IMG/VR virus record: IMGVR_UViG_3300043039_000053
Source of the DNA: a virus
Reading direction: 5' to 3' (one strand)
DNA: 41,919 bases
Below the pieces are notes generated by a model. The model was not told the DNA's origin, did no database searches, and worked only from the letters and a program-made list of their open reading frames with translations. Position 1 is the stretch's first letter, and each line of letters starts with the position of its first letter. Positions 7,821 through 17,322 of the stretch are shown in pieces. A program made the position numbers and the translations under genes.

Positions 7821-10800
7821 GCGCGAACCTCAATCCCGTCAATTTCGAACCGCTCCAATGTCTTGGCGGTCTTGTTTGCCTGTTTGATGATGGCCAGTTG
7901 GCTACGCTCCAGATCATCGCGCAAGCCCTTAATCGCCTCAAGCTGGCTTTCCAGACTGCGCAACATGCGGGCCTCCCTATCCTCTGCCGTCTGCGTCACG
8001 TCACCCACGCTGCCAATAACGCCAGCCGTGCGGGCGTACTCGCGGGCGTAATCGGCAAAGGTGCTGTAGCGCCCCTGATCGAGCTGCGTGGCGGCATCCA
8101 GGGCGCTCTGGAGTTGACCTATATCCGACACGCGACCCGCATTCGCAATCTGCTCAAGCGTTCTGATAGCGCTCTGGCGGCTGGCCTCTTGCACAGCGCT
8201 GGACTGAAACAGCATGGAGTCCATGGCGGACTGTACGGCACGGTTGGCGCGTTGCGCCTCTTGCAGCCGTGAGCGCTGGCCGCTGATCTCAGTGGCGTAA
8301 TACTGCTCCTGCGCCTTCTGCGCTTCGTCCTGGGCCTTCTCAATCGCGCTATAGTACTGATCAGCCGTCCCCTGCAACCGCAACAACGTGGCAATATTCT
8401 CCGCGCCTGCCGCCGTGGATGCGTCTTGTGCTTGTAGCAGCTGCCAAAAGCCCTCCCGCGTCTCTGGCAATGGTAGACTGCCCATGCCTTGCGCCAGCGT
8501 ATTAGCGTTAATCTCGAACTGCTGCGCCTCGGTCGCAAAGTTGCCGATGAAGTTTTGCATGTTGCTGATGAACTGATCCAGCCCGCCATTCAGCTCAATC
8601 AGCCGGTCAGACGCCTCGATCAGTTCCGCCCCGGCCAGGTCGCTGAACTGCAATCCCAGCATGTCCACGGCTTGCTCCGTGACCTGCACCTGCGTCGCCA
8701 CACGGGCCAACGTCTCGCCAAGGCCCTCGCCTGCGCGCTGGAAGTCGTCCAGATACGGCACGACTGCGCCTGCGGCTTGGTCGAATATCGAACTGAACAC
8801 GGCCTCCAGCTCCGCCGTCTGTTCTTCTGCGCTCAAGCCTTCAAGACTAATCTTTTGCGTCTCAACTTGGAACCCGTCAAGGGCGGACTGGATTTCGGTG
8901 CTGGACATGCCGAGGGCTTCTGCGCCAGCCGTGACAGAATCGCGGATCCCCATGAAGACGAGGCTGATCTGGTTTTCGGCATCAGTGCCAAGGCGCTGAT
9001 ATTCGTCCCATCGCTTGTCGGAGCCGAACCACCCGCCGTCGCGCTTGATAGTGGCGTAGGCTTGAGCGGTGTAGTAGTTGTCACCATCGCGCCAGCCACG
9101 AATCATTTCGTCGAGGGTTGCTCCGAAGAACTGAATGCCGAAGTCTTTGACCTCTGTGCTACCACCAAAGACTGAACCCAGAGCGCCGCCAAGGTCAAAA
9201 GTCCCAAAGCTGAACACGTCGAATGCGCCGTCATAGAAGTCGAATGCCGCGCCCAGGGCCTCGTCATATATCGGCATGATGCCGCCGGTTAGATCGAAAT
9301 CGGAGCCGCTGATTGTACGCGTGAAGTCTGCCGGCATGGACAGCCCACCATAACTCCGTGCCACCATCCCAGAAGCCCCGGCAATACCAAGCTGCAACGT
9401 CTGAAGCGCCCGCAACATATCCCGGTTAATACCCACCAGCTCACGGGACGCCCCCGCGCTGATGTCCACGGCTTTGGCGATGGACTCCGACTTGGCGTCA
9501 ATGGAGCCCAGCACCGTGCCGGTGCCCTGCGCGGCCTGTCGTGCTTCGGTCGGGTCCCAGTCGCTGCCCGAGAAGAAATCAGACAGCTCGGACATGGCCA
9601 GCTGAATCGCACCGCCTGCGACCGCCCCGGCAATGGGGCCGGCGAATGCCCCGCCAATCTGGGCCAGTGCGCTGCTGTTGGCGGTCAAGTCTTTGGCCAG
9701 GCTGTCGGTGATCGTCTTGTTGACGATGCCCGCGATAGATGTGGCCAGGCTGTTGCCGATGGCGTCACCGATTTTGTCCCAGTCGCCGGATGCGATGGCG
9801 TCTTGTAGGGATTGGGCCACGTTGTCGGCGGCTTTCTGCCACTCGTTAACGAAGGCCTGACCGCCGTTCTCAGCGGCCTCGGTCAGGGCGTTTACAATCT
9901 CGTCCGCCTGACCCTCGTCGATCCATCCGCGACCGAAGGCCATCTGCACGACGGCAATGTCCTCACCGAGCTTGCGCATTTTGGCCCCGAGCGGGTCGAT
10001 CTTATCCAGCAGGTTCTGGAAGTCGTTCCAGTCCGACCGGCGCACGCTCTCCCACGCTTCGGCTGCCCGACGAGCGGCCTTCTCTTCGGCATCGGCTCGG
10101 CGCTCCGCCTCTTTGGCTGCCCGTTCCGTGGCCATCCGTGCCTCTTCATCCGCCTGCGCCTTCACCCGCAATGCTTCGGCGGCGTCGTATAATGCGAGCG
10201 CCCGCTCCTGTTCGGCCTCAGTCGCCCCAACCACGTTGAGCCGGTGCTGAAGCAATAGCCGGTCGCTCATGGTCAGGGCCAGGTATTCATCTTCGAGCGC
10301 AGTGGTTATGTTCTGCAGTGCGGTCTGGCGGGCCAGTAGCGCCGGGTCGCTTTCGCGCAACGCCTCATCAAGGTTCGCAATCCACTCTTCCAGCTGTTCG
10401 CCCCGCTTCGCCGCCTCCACGGCTTGGGATGCCAGGTTTGACATCTCAGACGCGGTACGCATGAACGCCGGGGTAACGTTGTCGCTTGATTTCGTGGCCT
10501 CGAATATGGCCTGTTGAAGCGCCTGGAATCCCGCAACGGTCGGGTCAGCCTTGACGGCCCCGAGCGCGCCAATCAGGGTACGGCTGGCGCCGATGCTGAT
10601 GCCGAACTCGTCGTTCAGGTTTTCGGCTTCGTCCCGGATCAGGTTTATACCCTCCCGGAACTGAGCGCCCGTGGTCGCAAACTCGGAGAACGCGTCATTT
10701 ACGTCCACGCCCATCCGGGCCAGCCGTTCGGCCTGGCTTACTGCGGCATCAAAGTCTCCGAGAATGGTGGTATCGAGGGCATCCTCTGCCGCGTCATAGA

Positions 10801-11560
10801 GTGACGTGCGGGCCGAGTTAAACGCGCTGGCCGCTTCGACGAGGCCCCGCTGCAGCTCGATCTGAGCAGCGGCGCGAGATTCTTTGGCCAGATCTCGTAT
10901 GCGCTCGGTCAGGCCCATGGCGCCGGACTCAGTTCGCCCCATCACCTCATCGAGGTATTCCATGGACTGGCTGAGCTGGCTGGCGCCCTCTTCGCCTTCA
11001 CTGAACGCACGCACCAACCCGCCCGTAATGGCGCCGCCAATAGCAATGACCGCCCCCAGCACCGCGCCGCCCGGCCCAAACGCGCCTGCAAACTGCGGAG
11101 CCTGCTGCGTGAAGGCCATCATGGCGGACTGGCCGGAGGCGACCTGTGTGGCGAAGTCGCCGATCTGGTAGCCCGCTTGCTGTGCGATTGTCCCGACGCC
11201 CCCAAACGAGCTACGGAACATGCCGCCCACTTGTGCCGTGGCACGGGTCGTAGCGCGCAGGTTCGCCATGTCCTTGCTGTACTGGCTGAGCGTAATGCGT
11301 CCTGAGTTCAGTTCTTTCTGGATCAGGTCAGCGCCTGCGGCAAACTGCTGTTGCGCCTTGTAGGCCGGATCGATGGAGGCTTTGAGCGAACGGTACTCTT
11401 TCGTGACGGAGGAGGTCACGTACTTGTACTTGGTCATCTCGGACGCGGTATCCCGCGCCTTCTGGGTAAACTGGTCTTGCGCCTGGCCAGCGGCGATCAG
11501 CGCCGAGTAATCCACGTCGACGCTGTAGTTAATAGAGCCTAAGTTCTCGCCGTTGGCCAT
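7817..11560 (-). CDS. tail tape measure protein
   Basis: 1247 aa, Ala/Gln/Glu-rich with long helical regions. It lies immediately after the chaperone pair. Confidence 0.9.
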   Translation of the reverse strand: MANGENLGSINYSVDVDYSALIAAGQAQDQFTQKARDTASEMTKYKYVTSSVTKEYRSLKASIDPAYKAQQQFAAGADLIQKELNSGRITLSQYSKDMANLRATTRATAQVGGMFRSSFGGVGTIAQQAGYQIGDFATQVASGQSAMMAFTQQAPQFAGAFGPGGAVLGAVIAIGGAITGGLVRAFSEGEEGASQLSQSMEYLDEVMGRTESGAMGLTERIRDLAKESRAAAQIELQRGLVEAASAFNSARTSLYDAAEDALDTTILGDFDAAVSQAERLARMGVDVNDAFSEFATTGAQFREGINLIRDEAENLNDEFGISIGASRTLIGALGAVKADPTVAGFQALQQAIFEATKSSDNVTPAFMRTASEMSNLASQAVEAAKRGEQLEEWIANLDEALRESDPALLARQTALQNITTALEDEYLALTMSDRLLLQHRLNVVGATEAEQERALALYDAAEALRVKAQADEEARMATERAAKEAERRADAEEKAARRAAEAWESVRRSDWNDFQNLLDKIDPLGAKMRKLGEDIAVVQMAFGRGWIDEGQADEIVNALTEAAENGGQAFVNEWQKAADNVAQSLQDAIASGDWDKIGDAIGNSLATSIAGIVNKTITDSLAKDLTANSSALAQIGGAFAGPIAGAVAGGAIQLAMSELSDFFSGSDWDPTEARQAAQGTGTVLGSIDAKSESIAKAVDISAGASRELVGINRDMLRALQTLQLGIAGASGMVARSYGGLSMPADFTRTISGSDFDLTGGIMPIYDEALGAAFDFYDGAFDVFSFGTFDLGGALGSVFGGSTEVKDFGIQFFGATLDEMIRGWRDGDNYYTAQAYATIKRDGGWFGSDKRWDEYQRLGTDAENQISLVFMGIRDSVTAGAEALGMSSTEIQSALDGFQVETQKISLEGLSAEEQTAELEAVFSSIFDQAAGAVVPYLDDFQRAGEGLGETLARVATQVQVTEQAVDMLGLQFSDLAGAELIEASDRLIELNGGLDQFISNMQNFIGNFATEAQQFEINANTLAQGMGSLPLPETREGFWQLLQAQDASTAAGAENIATLLRLQGTADQYYSAIEKAQDEAQKAQEQYYATEISGQRSRLQEAQRANRAVQSAMDSMLFQSSAVQEASRQSAIRTLEQIANAGRVSDIGQLQSALDAATQLDQGRYSTFADYAREYARTAGVIGSVGDVTQTAEDREARMLRSLESQLEAIKGLRDDLERSQLAIIKQANKTAKTLERFEIDGIEVRA

Positions 11561-11564
11561 GCTG

Positions 11565-12427
11565 TTACATCCTCATGCCGTGTTCGTTCTGGTGGCCGCG
11601 CTCGATAGCCAGCTCGCGCTCGTCGTCTGTGGGGCTGTAGGGGGCCGGGTCGTGCCGGTCGGAACTGGCCGCATTGGCGCAATACGCGCGGCTCATCTCG
11701 ACAATGCACTCCGCCTCCCAGGGCCTCAGCCGGATACCGAGCAAGTTTTGCATGGCCTCCAGCTCTTGCCAGTTTAGCGGGATTCGGCCCATGCCGCCAT
11801 TGATTGCGCGGCCCGCCTTGTCCCAGTAGTCCGCGATGTACCGGACGCACCCGAGGTCGGGCAGTTGTCGGTAGATCGAGCCCGGCCATAGCCACTCGTG
11901 GCGCACAATCCGCTCTGTCTTTTTGCCGGCCTTGAGCTCCAGGGTAGCATTAAGCCACCCCAGATGGCCGGCGTACTGGATCAGGCTTCGGATTGCGCCG
12001 GCATAAAATTTTCATCGGCGTTGTGGTGTTTGAAAATCTGACGATGGATGTAGTCCAGCGCGGGCATGGAGGCCAGCTCGTGCTTGGTCTTGTCGTTGTA
12101 GGGGATCGTGCCGCCCTTACCGTTCGGCAGGTTCTCCCAGCCGGCGATGATTACTTCCAGCTTGGCCACGCCGTTTCGGTAGTCTTCTTCGGGGTCGTAA
12201 TCCTTGGCGGCCTTCTTGCCTCGCGCCTGATCGGCTTGCGCCTCTTTGACCAGTCGGCGGCGAACGTCCAGATCGTGCTGGCGGACTTGATCACACGTGC
12301 GGCTGCGGACATGCACGACGGCCTGCTGGAATTTGCCGTCTTTGTCCTCAACGCCCAGCTCGGTGACGCCATCGGCGCAGTACAGCGGGCATTCGGAGGT
12401 ATCGGTGGTTGCGAGATGTTCAAACAT
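11565..12427 (-). CDS. tail assembly chaperone GT fusion made by a programmed -1 frameshift at 12005-12011
   Basis: The -1 frame is open from 12011 to the stop at 11565 and is closed just upstream by TGA at 12014-12012. The heptamer A AAT TTT lies in the G frame at exactly that point. Confidence 0.6.
11981..12427 (-). CDS. tail assembly chaperone (gpG-like)
   Basis: ATG 12427 lies 5 nt after AGGTGA; the track GTG at 12436 sits inside that SD. Position is between the tail tube and tape measure genes. Confidence 0.65.
   Translation of the reverse strand: MFEHLATTDTSECPLYCADGVTELGVEDKDGKFQQAVVHVRSRTCDQVRQHDLDVRRRLVKEAQADQARGKKAAKDYDPEEDYRNGVAKLEVIIAGWENLPNGKGGTIPYNDKTKHELASMPALDYIHRQIFKHHNADENFMPAQSEA
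12005..12011 (-). promoter_or_regulatory. -1 ribosomal frameshift slippery heptamer A_AAU_UUU
   Basis: G-frame codons read gaA AAT TTT atg. A 7-bp all-GC stem (12002-11996 with 11973-11967) follows. Confidence 0.6.
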
Positions 12428-12475
12428 AGTTATCACCTGTCAGTTGAGTTGGCCCTGTCAGTCGATCAGTAGAGC

Positions 12476-12511
12476 GGGCTCCCGAGGCCTGACAGGACAC
12501 AACGGGAGCCC
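12476..12511 (-). other. 9-bp perfect stem hairpin between the major tail and chaperone genes
   Basis: GGGCTCCCG (12476-12484) pairs with CGGGAGCCC (12503-12511). There is no U-tract. Confidence 0.6.
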
Positions 12512-12526
12512 TACCGCCGAGGCGGG

Positions 12527-13000
12527 TTAGGGACCTACAACGGGTTTAACCTCAATCACACGGCTGCGGGACGTGATGCCCACGGTAGCCGCAACGATGG
12601 AGTCGCCGCCCGGCAAGTTGGTGTTGAAGCCGGTTACCTGAATCTCAGCGTACTGGATCAGGCCGGACTGATGCTCGATCTTGACCGACACGATGTCATA
12701 GCGCTTGGTCTCACCGTCCGCCAGCTCTTTGAGCAGGTCCTGGCCTGCGTCGGTGATATCGCGCCCAATGCTGATATCGCGGCTGCCCCAGTCAAGGAAC
12801 GCCTTGGCGTTCACAGTCTCACCGGTTGCCAGCGGCTGATGGGCGGCGGTAGAGCCGGTAGAGCCCCAAGAGCCAAGGTCGGTAACCTCGCCAATCTCAG
12901 TCCAGGTCAGTAGCGCCCCGAAGCCGGCGGCGTCGATTTGTGCGGGGCGCTCCTCAGCGATACTCATCCGGGTGCCCACCACGGTATAAACGTTACTCAT
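12527..13000 (-). CDS. major tail (tube) protein
   Basis: 157 aa with a strong SD (AAGGAG, 7 nt before ATG). It is the last gene before the chaperones, and a hairpin follows it. Confidence 0.6.
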   Translation of the reverse strand: MSNVYTVVGTRMSIAEERPAQIDAAGFGALLTWTEIGEVTDLGSWGSTGSTAAHQPLATGETVNAKAFLDWGSRDISIGRDITDAGQDLLKELADGETKRYDIVSVKIEHQSGLIQYAEIQVTGFNTNLPGGDSIVAATVGITSRSRVIEVKPVVGP

Positions 13001-13016
13001 GGTTGTATCTCCTTGC

Positions 13017-13409
13017 TTACTGTGGCGGCCCCGCGACTTTGATCACAGCTGTGACCAGCCCGGTGCCGTTGATGTTGCCGCCCATTAAGGGCAGCTGTTT
13101 GACGTATCCGGGAAACTCCCGAATCGTGCCGTCAATCAGGATCAGTTTACACGTTACTACCCGACTCTGCGCGCGGCATTCGTCCATCCGGACCTGGCCG
13201 GGGTCTCTCGGGTTCCGGTACAGGCGGATTCGCACCTGTCCGTAATCCGGCAGGCCCGGCAGGAAGGTCAGAGGGCCGGACATTGGCCGGTGCGGAACGT
13301 CCGGCACGGAGCCGTCGAACAGGGTGTAGTCTTCGATGCCGCCGACCACAACGTTGTCCACGAACAGGGTTGTTCCGTCTGCGCTCACTACTTGGTTGGT
13401 CATGGTCAC
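13017..13409 (-). CDS. tail component protein (possible second tube-like or terminator protein)
   Basis: 130-aa ORF. GTG 13409 overlaps the upstream stop; an alternative ATG is at 13403. Confidence 0.5.
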   Translation of the reverse strand: MTMTNQVVSADGTTLFVDNVVVGGIEDYTLFDGSVPDVPHRPMSGPLTFLPGLPDYGQVRIRLYRNPRDPGQVRMDECRAQSRVVTCKLILIDGTIREFPGYVKQLPLMGGNINGTGLVTAVIKVAGPPQ

Positions 13410-13849
13410 ACCGTTGGGCTGAAGAAGTCGTACCAGGTGTCAATCTCGTCATCGATCAGCTCGTACACCTGGCTGCTAGTATACACTTGCACGGCCAGCT
13501 GGAACGCTTGCCGCCCGTTGGTCCTCTCAAACGGGCCGGTCGGGTTGCTTGGTACGCTGTAGCGCACGGCATTGGGCGGGATGACCGCCGCCCTTAGGTA
13601 GTCCGCGACCGCTTCGATGGCGTTCTGTGTGGCCACGTAGTTCTCCGGCTCCGCCACCATGTACAAGTCGATATCATGGCGCCGCTGGATACGGTTTGAC
13701 ACGCCCGGCCCCGCCACCCTAAATAGGACGAAGTTGCCCGCGCCCTCAAGATCGGCATCCGACCACCGATTGAACCGGACCTGATAGCCGTCCAGCAAGG
13801 CCGCATCGGTCAGGTACTGGCGTAACGATTGCATGACGGACACGCTCAC
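13406..13849 (-). CDS. tail completion / tail terminator-like protein
   Basis: 147-aa ORF with a GTGA overlap with the upstream gene. Function is assigned by position only. Confidence 0.45.
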   Translation of the reverse strand: MSVSVMQSLRQYLTDAALLDGYQVRFNRWSDADLEGAGNFVLFRVAGPGVSNRIQRRHDIDLYMVAEPENYVATQNAIEAVADYLRAAVIPPNAVRYSVPSNPTGPFERTNGRQAFQLAVQVYTSSQVYELIDDEIDTWYDFFSPTV

Positions 13850-14277
13850 AGGCTCATCTCCTGGCGGATAATATCGGGGGCGTCGTCGCGTTCAGCGCGT
13901 TGGCCCGCTTTAAGCAGGAACTGGGGCTCTGCATTGGGGTCCCAGTATCGGCCCCGACCGGTGCCCCCGCCAAACGCAACGCCCGCCCGAGTCGTACCGA
14001 AATCAGCACGCGGCTGACCTTTCAGCTTGCCGGACATGTTGTGCACCCACTTGGCGTACTGCGCGCCGTAGTAGACGGTGCCGGTTACCCGATCCCCGAG
14101 CGGCTGGATGTTGCGCCCGATGGAGTTGATCAGGTTCGATGTGTCCACAGGGGTCAGGGCCATGGCGTACGCCTCGATGGTCATGGCAATGCGCGTTGCG
14201 GCCCGCTCCGCCCGCTGGCTGAGCCGGTTGATCAGGTCTTGCATGCGGCTGTTGACTTCGTCGATGCCGGTTGCCAT
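13846..14277 (-). CDS. HK97 gp10-like head-tail joining protein
   Basis: ATG 14277 shares 1 nt with the upstream TAA. The sequence TPVDTSNLINSI...YAKWVH resembles the gp10 family (recalled). Confidence 0.55.
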   Translation of the reverse strand: MATGIDEVNSRMQDLINRLSQRAERAATRIAMTIEAYAMALTPVDTSNLINSIGRNIQPLGDRVTGTVYYGAQYAKWVHNMSGKLKGQPRADFGTTRAGVAFGGGTGRGRYWDPNAEPQFLLKAGQRAERDDAPDIIRQEMSL

Positions 14278-14642
14278 TACGCCACAACCCTCCAATCCGG
14301 CAACTCGCCTTGGCCGAATTTTTGTCCTGGCCATTGCATCACCGACCGAACCCGCTCCGCATTATTGGGCGGGCTGGCCTGAGCCGTGTGATCCCCCGGC
14401 AGCATGTACCAATTACGCTCCGGCACGATGGCGCTTCCCGCTTCCGCCTCGAAGTACACGGTTAGCCGCGGCACAAACTCGTCGCCGGCCTCGTCTCTTG
14501 TCACCTCGCCGCCGTGCATCCAATCGGTTGCCTGGATCAGGTACGGCGGGGCTCCAACCGGCTGCCCGAACTCATCGGTGCCGCCTGTAGGCCAGACGGT
14601 GACAGGGCCTTCCACGTATGACCATGCGGCGAGGGAGCTCAC
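14277..14642 (-). CDS. head closure / connector protein (hypothetical)
   Basis: 121-aa ORF. GTG start 5 nt after GAGGTG. Confidence 0.5.
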   Translation of the reverse strand: MSSLAAWSYVEGPVTVWPTGGTDEFGQPVGAPPYLIQATDWMHGGEVTRDEAGDEFVPRLTVYFEAEAGSAIVPERNWYMLPGDHTAQASPPNNAERVRSVMQWPGQKFGQGELPDWRVVA

Positions 14643-14643
14643 A

Positions 14644-15030
14644 TCAACACCTCTTCGCCTTGACGCTGAAGAACGCCAGGTTCTTGCTGTTCTCCATCAC
14701 GCCCCGAACGCATCCGAACGTATCCAGCTGCATCAGCAGGGAGCCGTAGCGGGTGGAGGCCAGCCCCTCGCCCTGCCATGCCGCGAACGACCGGCCCGCA
14801 CCCGACGGCGCACTCTCTGAAGTAACCGAGCCCCGGCCACTGGCGTTCGTCAGCGTCAGGATATGCCGCACCGCATAGGTGGTCAGCAAGTCCTGAGACG
14901 CTTCCGGCACAGCGTTGGCCGTCAGGCAGGCAGACGAACCGGAAACAACGAAGTCGATTAGGCCCTGGATCTCGGCGTCACTGGCCTCGGTCTGAAAGCC
15001 TGCCTTGATGTCTGCCGGGGTGACGGTCAT
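14644..15030 (-). CDS. head-tail adaptor-like protein
   Basis: 128-aa ORF lying between the capsid and tail modules. Confidence 0.5.
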   Translation of the reverse strand: MTVTPADIKAGFQTEASDAEIQGLIDFVVSGSSACLTANAVPEASQDLLTTYAVRHILTLTNASGRGSVTSESAPSGAGRSFAAWQGEGLASTRYGSLLMQLDTFGCVRGVMENSKNLAFFSVKAKRC

Positions 15031-15033
15031 GGG

Positions 15034-15357
15034 TTACTCTCCAGCGGCCAGCGCTTCTTCAAGCTCTTTCAGGAGCGTGTCAGGCGCTTTGCGCCCTGGC
15101 TTGCCCACGATGTCCTGATAGTTGGCCTTGAGTTCGTCCAGGGTCATTTCCGTGCCGTCACTCAGGGTGTAGGTGTCGTCAGTCACGGCAGCAGACGGCG
15201 TGGCGACTTCCACGTCTGCGCCTTCGATCCGACACTTTCCGACCAGATAGGCGGGCAGATTGCCCTCGAATTGGATCTCAGTGCCGACCGGGACGCGCTC
15301 GACGTTCACGCCGGAGCCTTTGAACACGTTCTTGCGGGTTACGATTGCTGTAGGCAC
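15034..15357 (-). CDS. hypothetical structural-module protein
   Basis: 107-aa ORF. GTG start 5 nt after GGAGG. Confidence 0.5.
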   Translation of the reverse strand: MPTAIVTRKNVFKGSGVNVERVPVGTEIQFEGNLPAYLVGKCRIEGADVEVATPSAAVTDDTYTLSDGTEMTLDELKANYQDIVGKPGRKAPDTLLKELEEALAAGE

Positions 15358-15484
15358 GGTTGCCTCCTGTCAGTTCAGGTTAGTACGCGGGCCATTCTTC
15401 CCGCGTGAGTTGCAGGTATAGTGTAGCAGTTCTGCACCGGGATTCGCATACATCACCTGTGCGGGTGTTGGGTATGGCCTTAGT

Positions 15485-16216
15485 TTATGGGATTGGGGGT
15501 TTTGTGTACAGCCACGACAAATCGTCTACTAGGGAAAGCCGGTTATTCTTCCTAAGGTTTATCGTAGCCGGTATAACCTGTATGTTGGCTGCGCAGTGAA
15601 GACCTGACGCCCGATCACCGCAAAGCGGAACGCGGTGATCAACGTGCCATTCGAATCCGTGAATTTCTGCCCTGAACTTCGCCAGGCTATACGCTTCATC
15701 CACAACGAACTGATCAATATCACCAAACCATGAGGGCATAGCCTTTAGTCGCCTGGCCTTGTTTTTGGCCTTCCATCCGTTGGACTTCTCGCGGTTTTCC
15801 TCCGCATACTTTAGTTGATACGCCATTATCGACTCTCTATTTTTGGCGTAATAGTCTTTTTTCTTTCCCTGAATTTCTTGCCACTTATCCCTGTGCCTTT
15901 TGGCTGACCTGGCCTTCACCTTCTCCCTATTTTTCTCGTAATAGTCCTCAGCGTACTTTGCCGCTTTTTTGCGGAACTCCGGATCTGTCCGGTATCGATG
16001 TCGGCGCTTCTGCTTTCTAGCCTCCACGTAATCCTTGTCTAGCTCTTTGGCAGCCGCCCTTTTGTTCTGGGCATCTCTTAGGCACTGGCGGCACGATCTG
16101 GCAGAAACAGACCTGACCTCAAAATGCCCATTTGAGCACTTTCTTGGTATCGCGTAATTTTTCAGCCCTCTATCTCTGGCAACAGATAGTGGGATGCATA
16201 CTATATGCTTATCCAT
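15485..16216 (-). CDS. HNH endonuclease (free-standing)
   Basis: C-terminal WHVDHRVPLCGDRASGLHCAANIQVIPATINLRKNN is an HNH motif. The N-terminal half is Lys/Arg-rich with repeated Y..KN.E motifs. The gene looks more AT-rich than its neighbours by eye. Confidence 0.8.
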   Translation of the reverse strand: MDKHIVCIPLSVARDRGLKNYAIPRKCSNGHFEVRSVSARSCRQCLRDAQNKRAAAKELDKDYVEARKQKRRHRYRTDPEFRKKAAKYAEDYYEKNREKVKARSAKRHRDKWQEIQGKKKDYYAKNRESIMAYQLKYAEENREKSNGWKAKNKARRLKAMPSWFGDIDQFVVDEAYSLAKFRAEIHGFEWHVDHRVPLCGDRASGLHCAANIQVIPATINLRKNNRLSLVDDLSWLYTKPPIP

Positions 16217-16255
16217 AACCGCCTCAATAACTATGAAAACGATTTATGGTAGCAC

Positions 16256-16282
16256 AAAAAAGCCGCCCGGAGGCGGCCTTTT
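16256..16282 (-). terminator. rho-independent terminator after the major capsid gene
   Basis: GCCGCC-cgga-GGCGGC stem. The minus strand reads GGCCGCC UCCG GGCGGC followed by UUUUUU. Confidence 0.75.
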
Positions 16283-16298
16283 CATCACTTTTCAGCGA

Positions 16299-17309
16299 TT
16301 ATGCTGGGGCTGAATGAGCCACGCCAGAATTCCCGTCAGCGTCGAACTTAATCTCCAGAGCTGCGCTCGCCAAGATGGTAAACGCGTAGTCGTCCTCCGG
16401 ATTCGCCCGGAACTTAGCCCGGAAGCTCATCGGCATACCGTTCAGCACTTGGATCAACTGACGATCTTTCACAACCGCGATGATCTCGTTGGCCGGGACG
16501 GAGTCGGACGGAATGACGTTCTGGACGCCGCCAATTTCCTGAATGCGCTGAGCGATGGTCTTGTTCGGGTACTGAGTCGAGAAATCAGTATTCGACGCGT
16601 AGAACCAATCGTCCCAGTTCACGTACAGGGTAGCGGGGCGCTTCACGTTCATGCCGTGCAGCAGCTTCAGAGTGGCTACAACTTCCGCGTTCCACTCCGC
16701 ACCGGTGCCGCCGTTCAGAGTAGCGCCGGTGTTTCGGGTGGCTCGGTTCGGGTTGGTGCGCAGACCGTACAGCTCGTTTCCGCCAACCACGATGGCGTCA
16801 TCACCGTTCAGGGCGATGTCTTCCAGCTTCTCAGCTACCCGGCGCATGGCGTTCATGCGACCGTCCATCTCCAGGTTCTCACCTTCGGACTGAGCGGCCA
16901 GCATCTGACGCCAACCGTAGGAGAAATTGCTATCCACGATGGGCAGCGGAGTGCCGTGGTATTCCATCAGCGGCTGATCGGTCTTCGCCTTGCCACGGCC
17001 ATCCAGCGAGATGTTTGCCACGCTGGAGTCGGAGGTGGTGCGGAAGAAGTGGACCAGCTTGCCGAGGTTCATCGGGGTCGCAACGCTGGCGGCCAGGTCG
17101 TTAAACACGGCCAGCACGGAGCGTTGCAGCTCGACAGACTCGGTATCCCAGATGCCCCACACGTCACGTGGCAGCGGGGAGGCGTTACCCATGAATCCGG
17201 CGTTACCCTGCATCATCGGGTACTGCGCGGCCATGGCCTTGTGATGCGCTTCGTGCATCCGGCGGTGATTCAGTACCGCCTCTTGCTGTTGCTTGCTATA
17301 TCGCAGCAT
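16299..17309 (-). CDS. major capsid protein (DUF2184-like family)
   Basis: ATG 17309 lies 9 nt after GGAG; the track start GTG 17315 is only 3 nt after it. About 336 aa, followed by a strong terminator and preceded by the scaffold and decoration genes. Confidence 0.8.
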   Translation of the reverse strand: MLRYSKQQQEAVLNHRRMHEAHHKAMAAQYPMMQGNAGFMGNASPLPRDVWGIWDTESVELQRSVLAVFNDLAASVATPMNLGKLVHFFRTTSDSSVANISLDGRGKAKTDQPLMEYHGTPLPIVDSNFSYGWRQMLAAQSEGENLEMDGRMNAMRRVAEKLEDIALNGDDAIVVGGNELYGLRTNPNRATRNTGATLNGGTGAEWNAEVVATLKLLHGMNVKRPATLYVNWDDWFYASNTDFSTQYPNKTIAQRIQEIGGVQNVIPSDSVPANEIIAVVKDRQLIQVLNGMPMSFRAKFRANPEDDYAFTILASAALEIKFDADGNSGVAHSAPA

Positions 17310-17322
17310 AGTCACTTACTCC

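Noticed and set aside
11565-11906. Independent 113-aa gene starting at GTG 11906
   Set aside because: The frame is open a further 105 nt upstream, exactly to the slippery heptamer in the chaperone gene. There is no SD before 11906. It is better explained as the T part of a GT frameshift product.
12436-12460. Recurring CCTGTCAG(T) motif (12436, 12453, inverted at 12488, also 15366 and near 29728-29740) as a possible regulatory word
   Set aside because: At 12436 and 15366 its reverse complement CTGACAGG simply runs into the Shine-Dalgarno sequence of the next gene. The occurrences are too few and too short to separate from chance without a statistical test.
15358-15484. 27-codon minus-strand ORF (MYANPGAELLHYTCNSRGKNGPRTNLN) in the HNH-connector gap
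   Set aside because: There is no usable ribosome-binding spacing, because GGTG abuts the ATG. It is very short and nothing supports it beyond being open.
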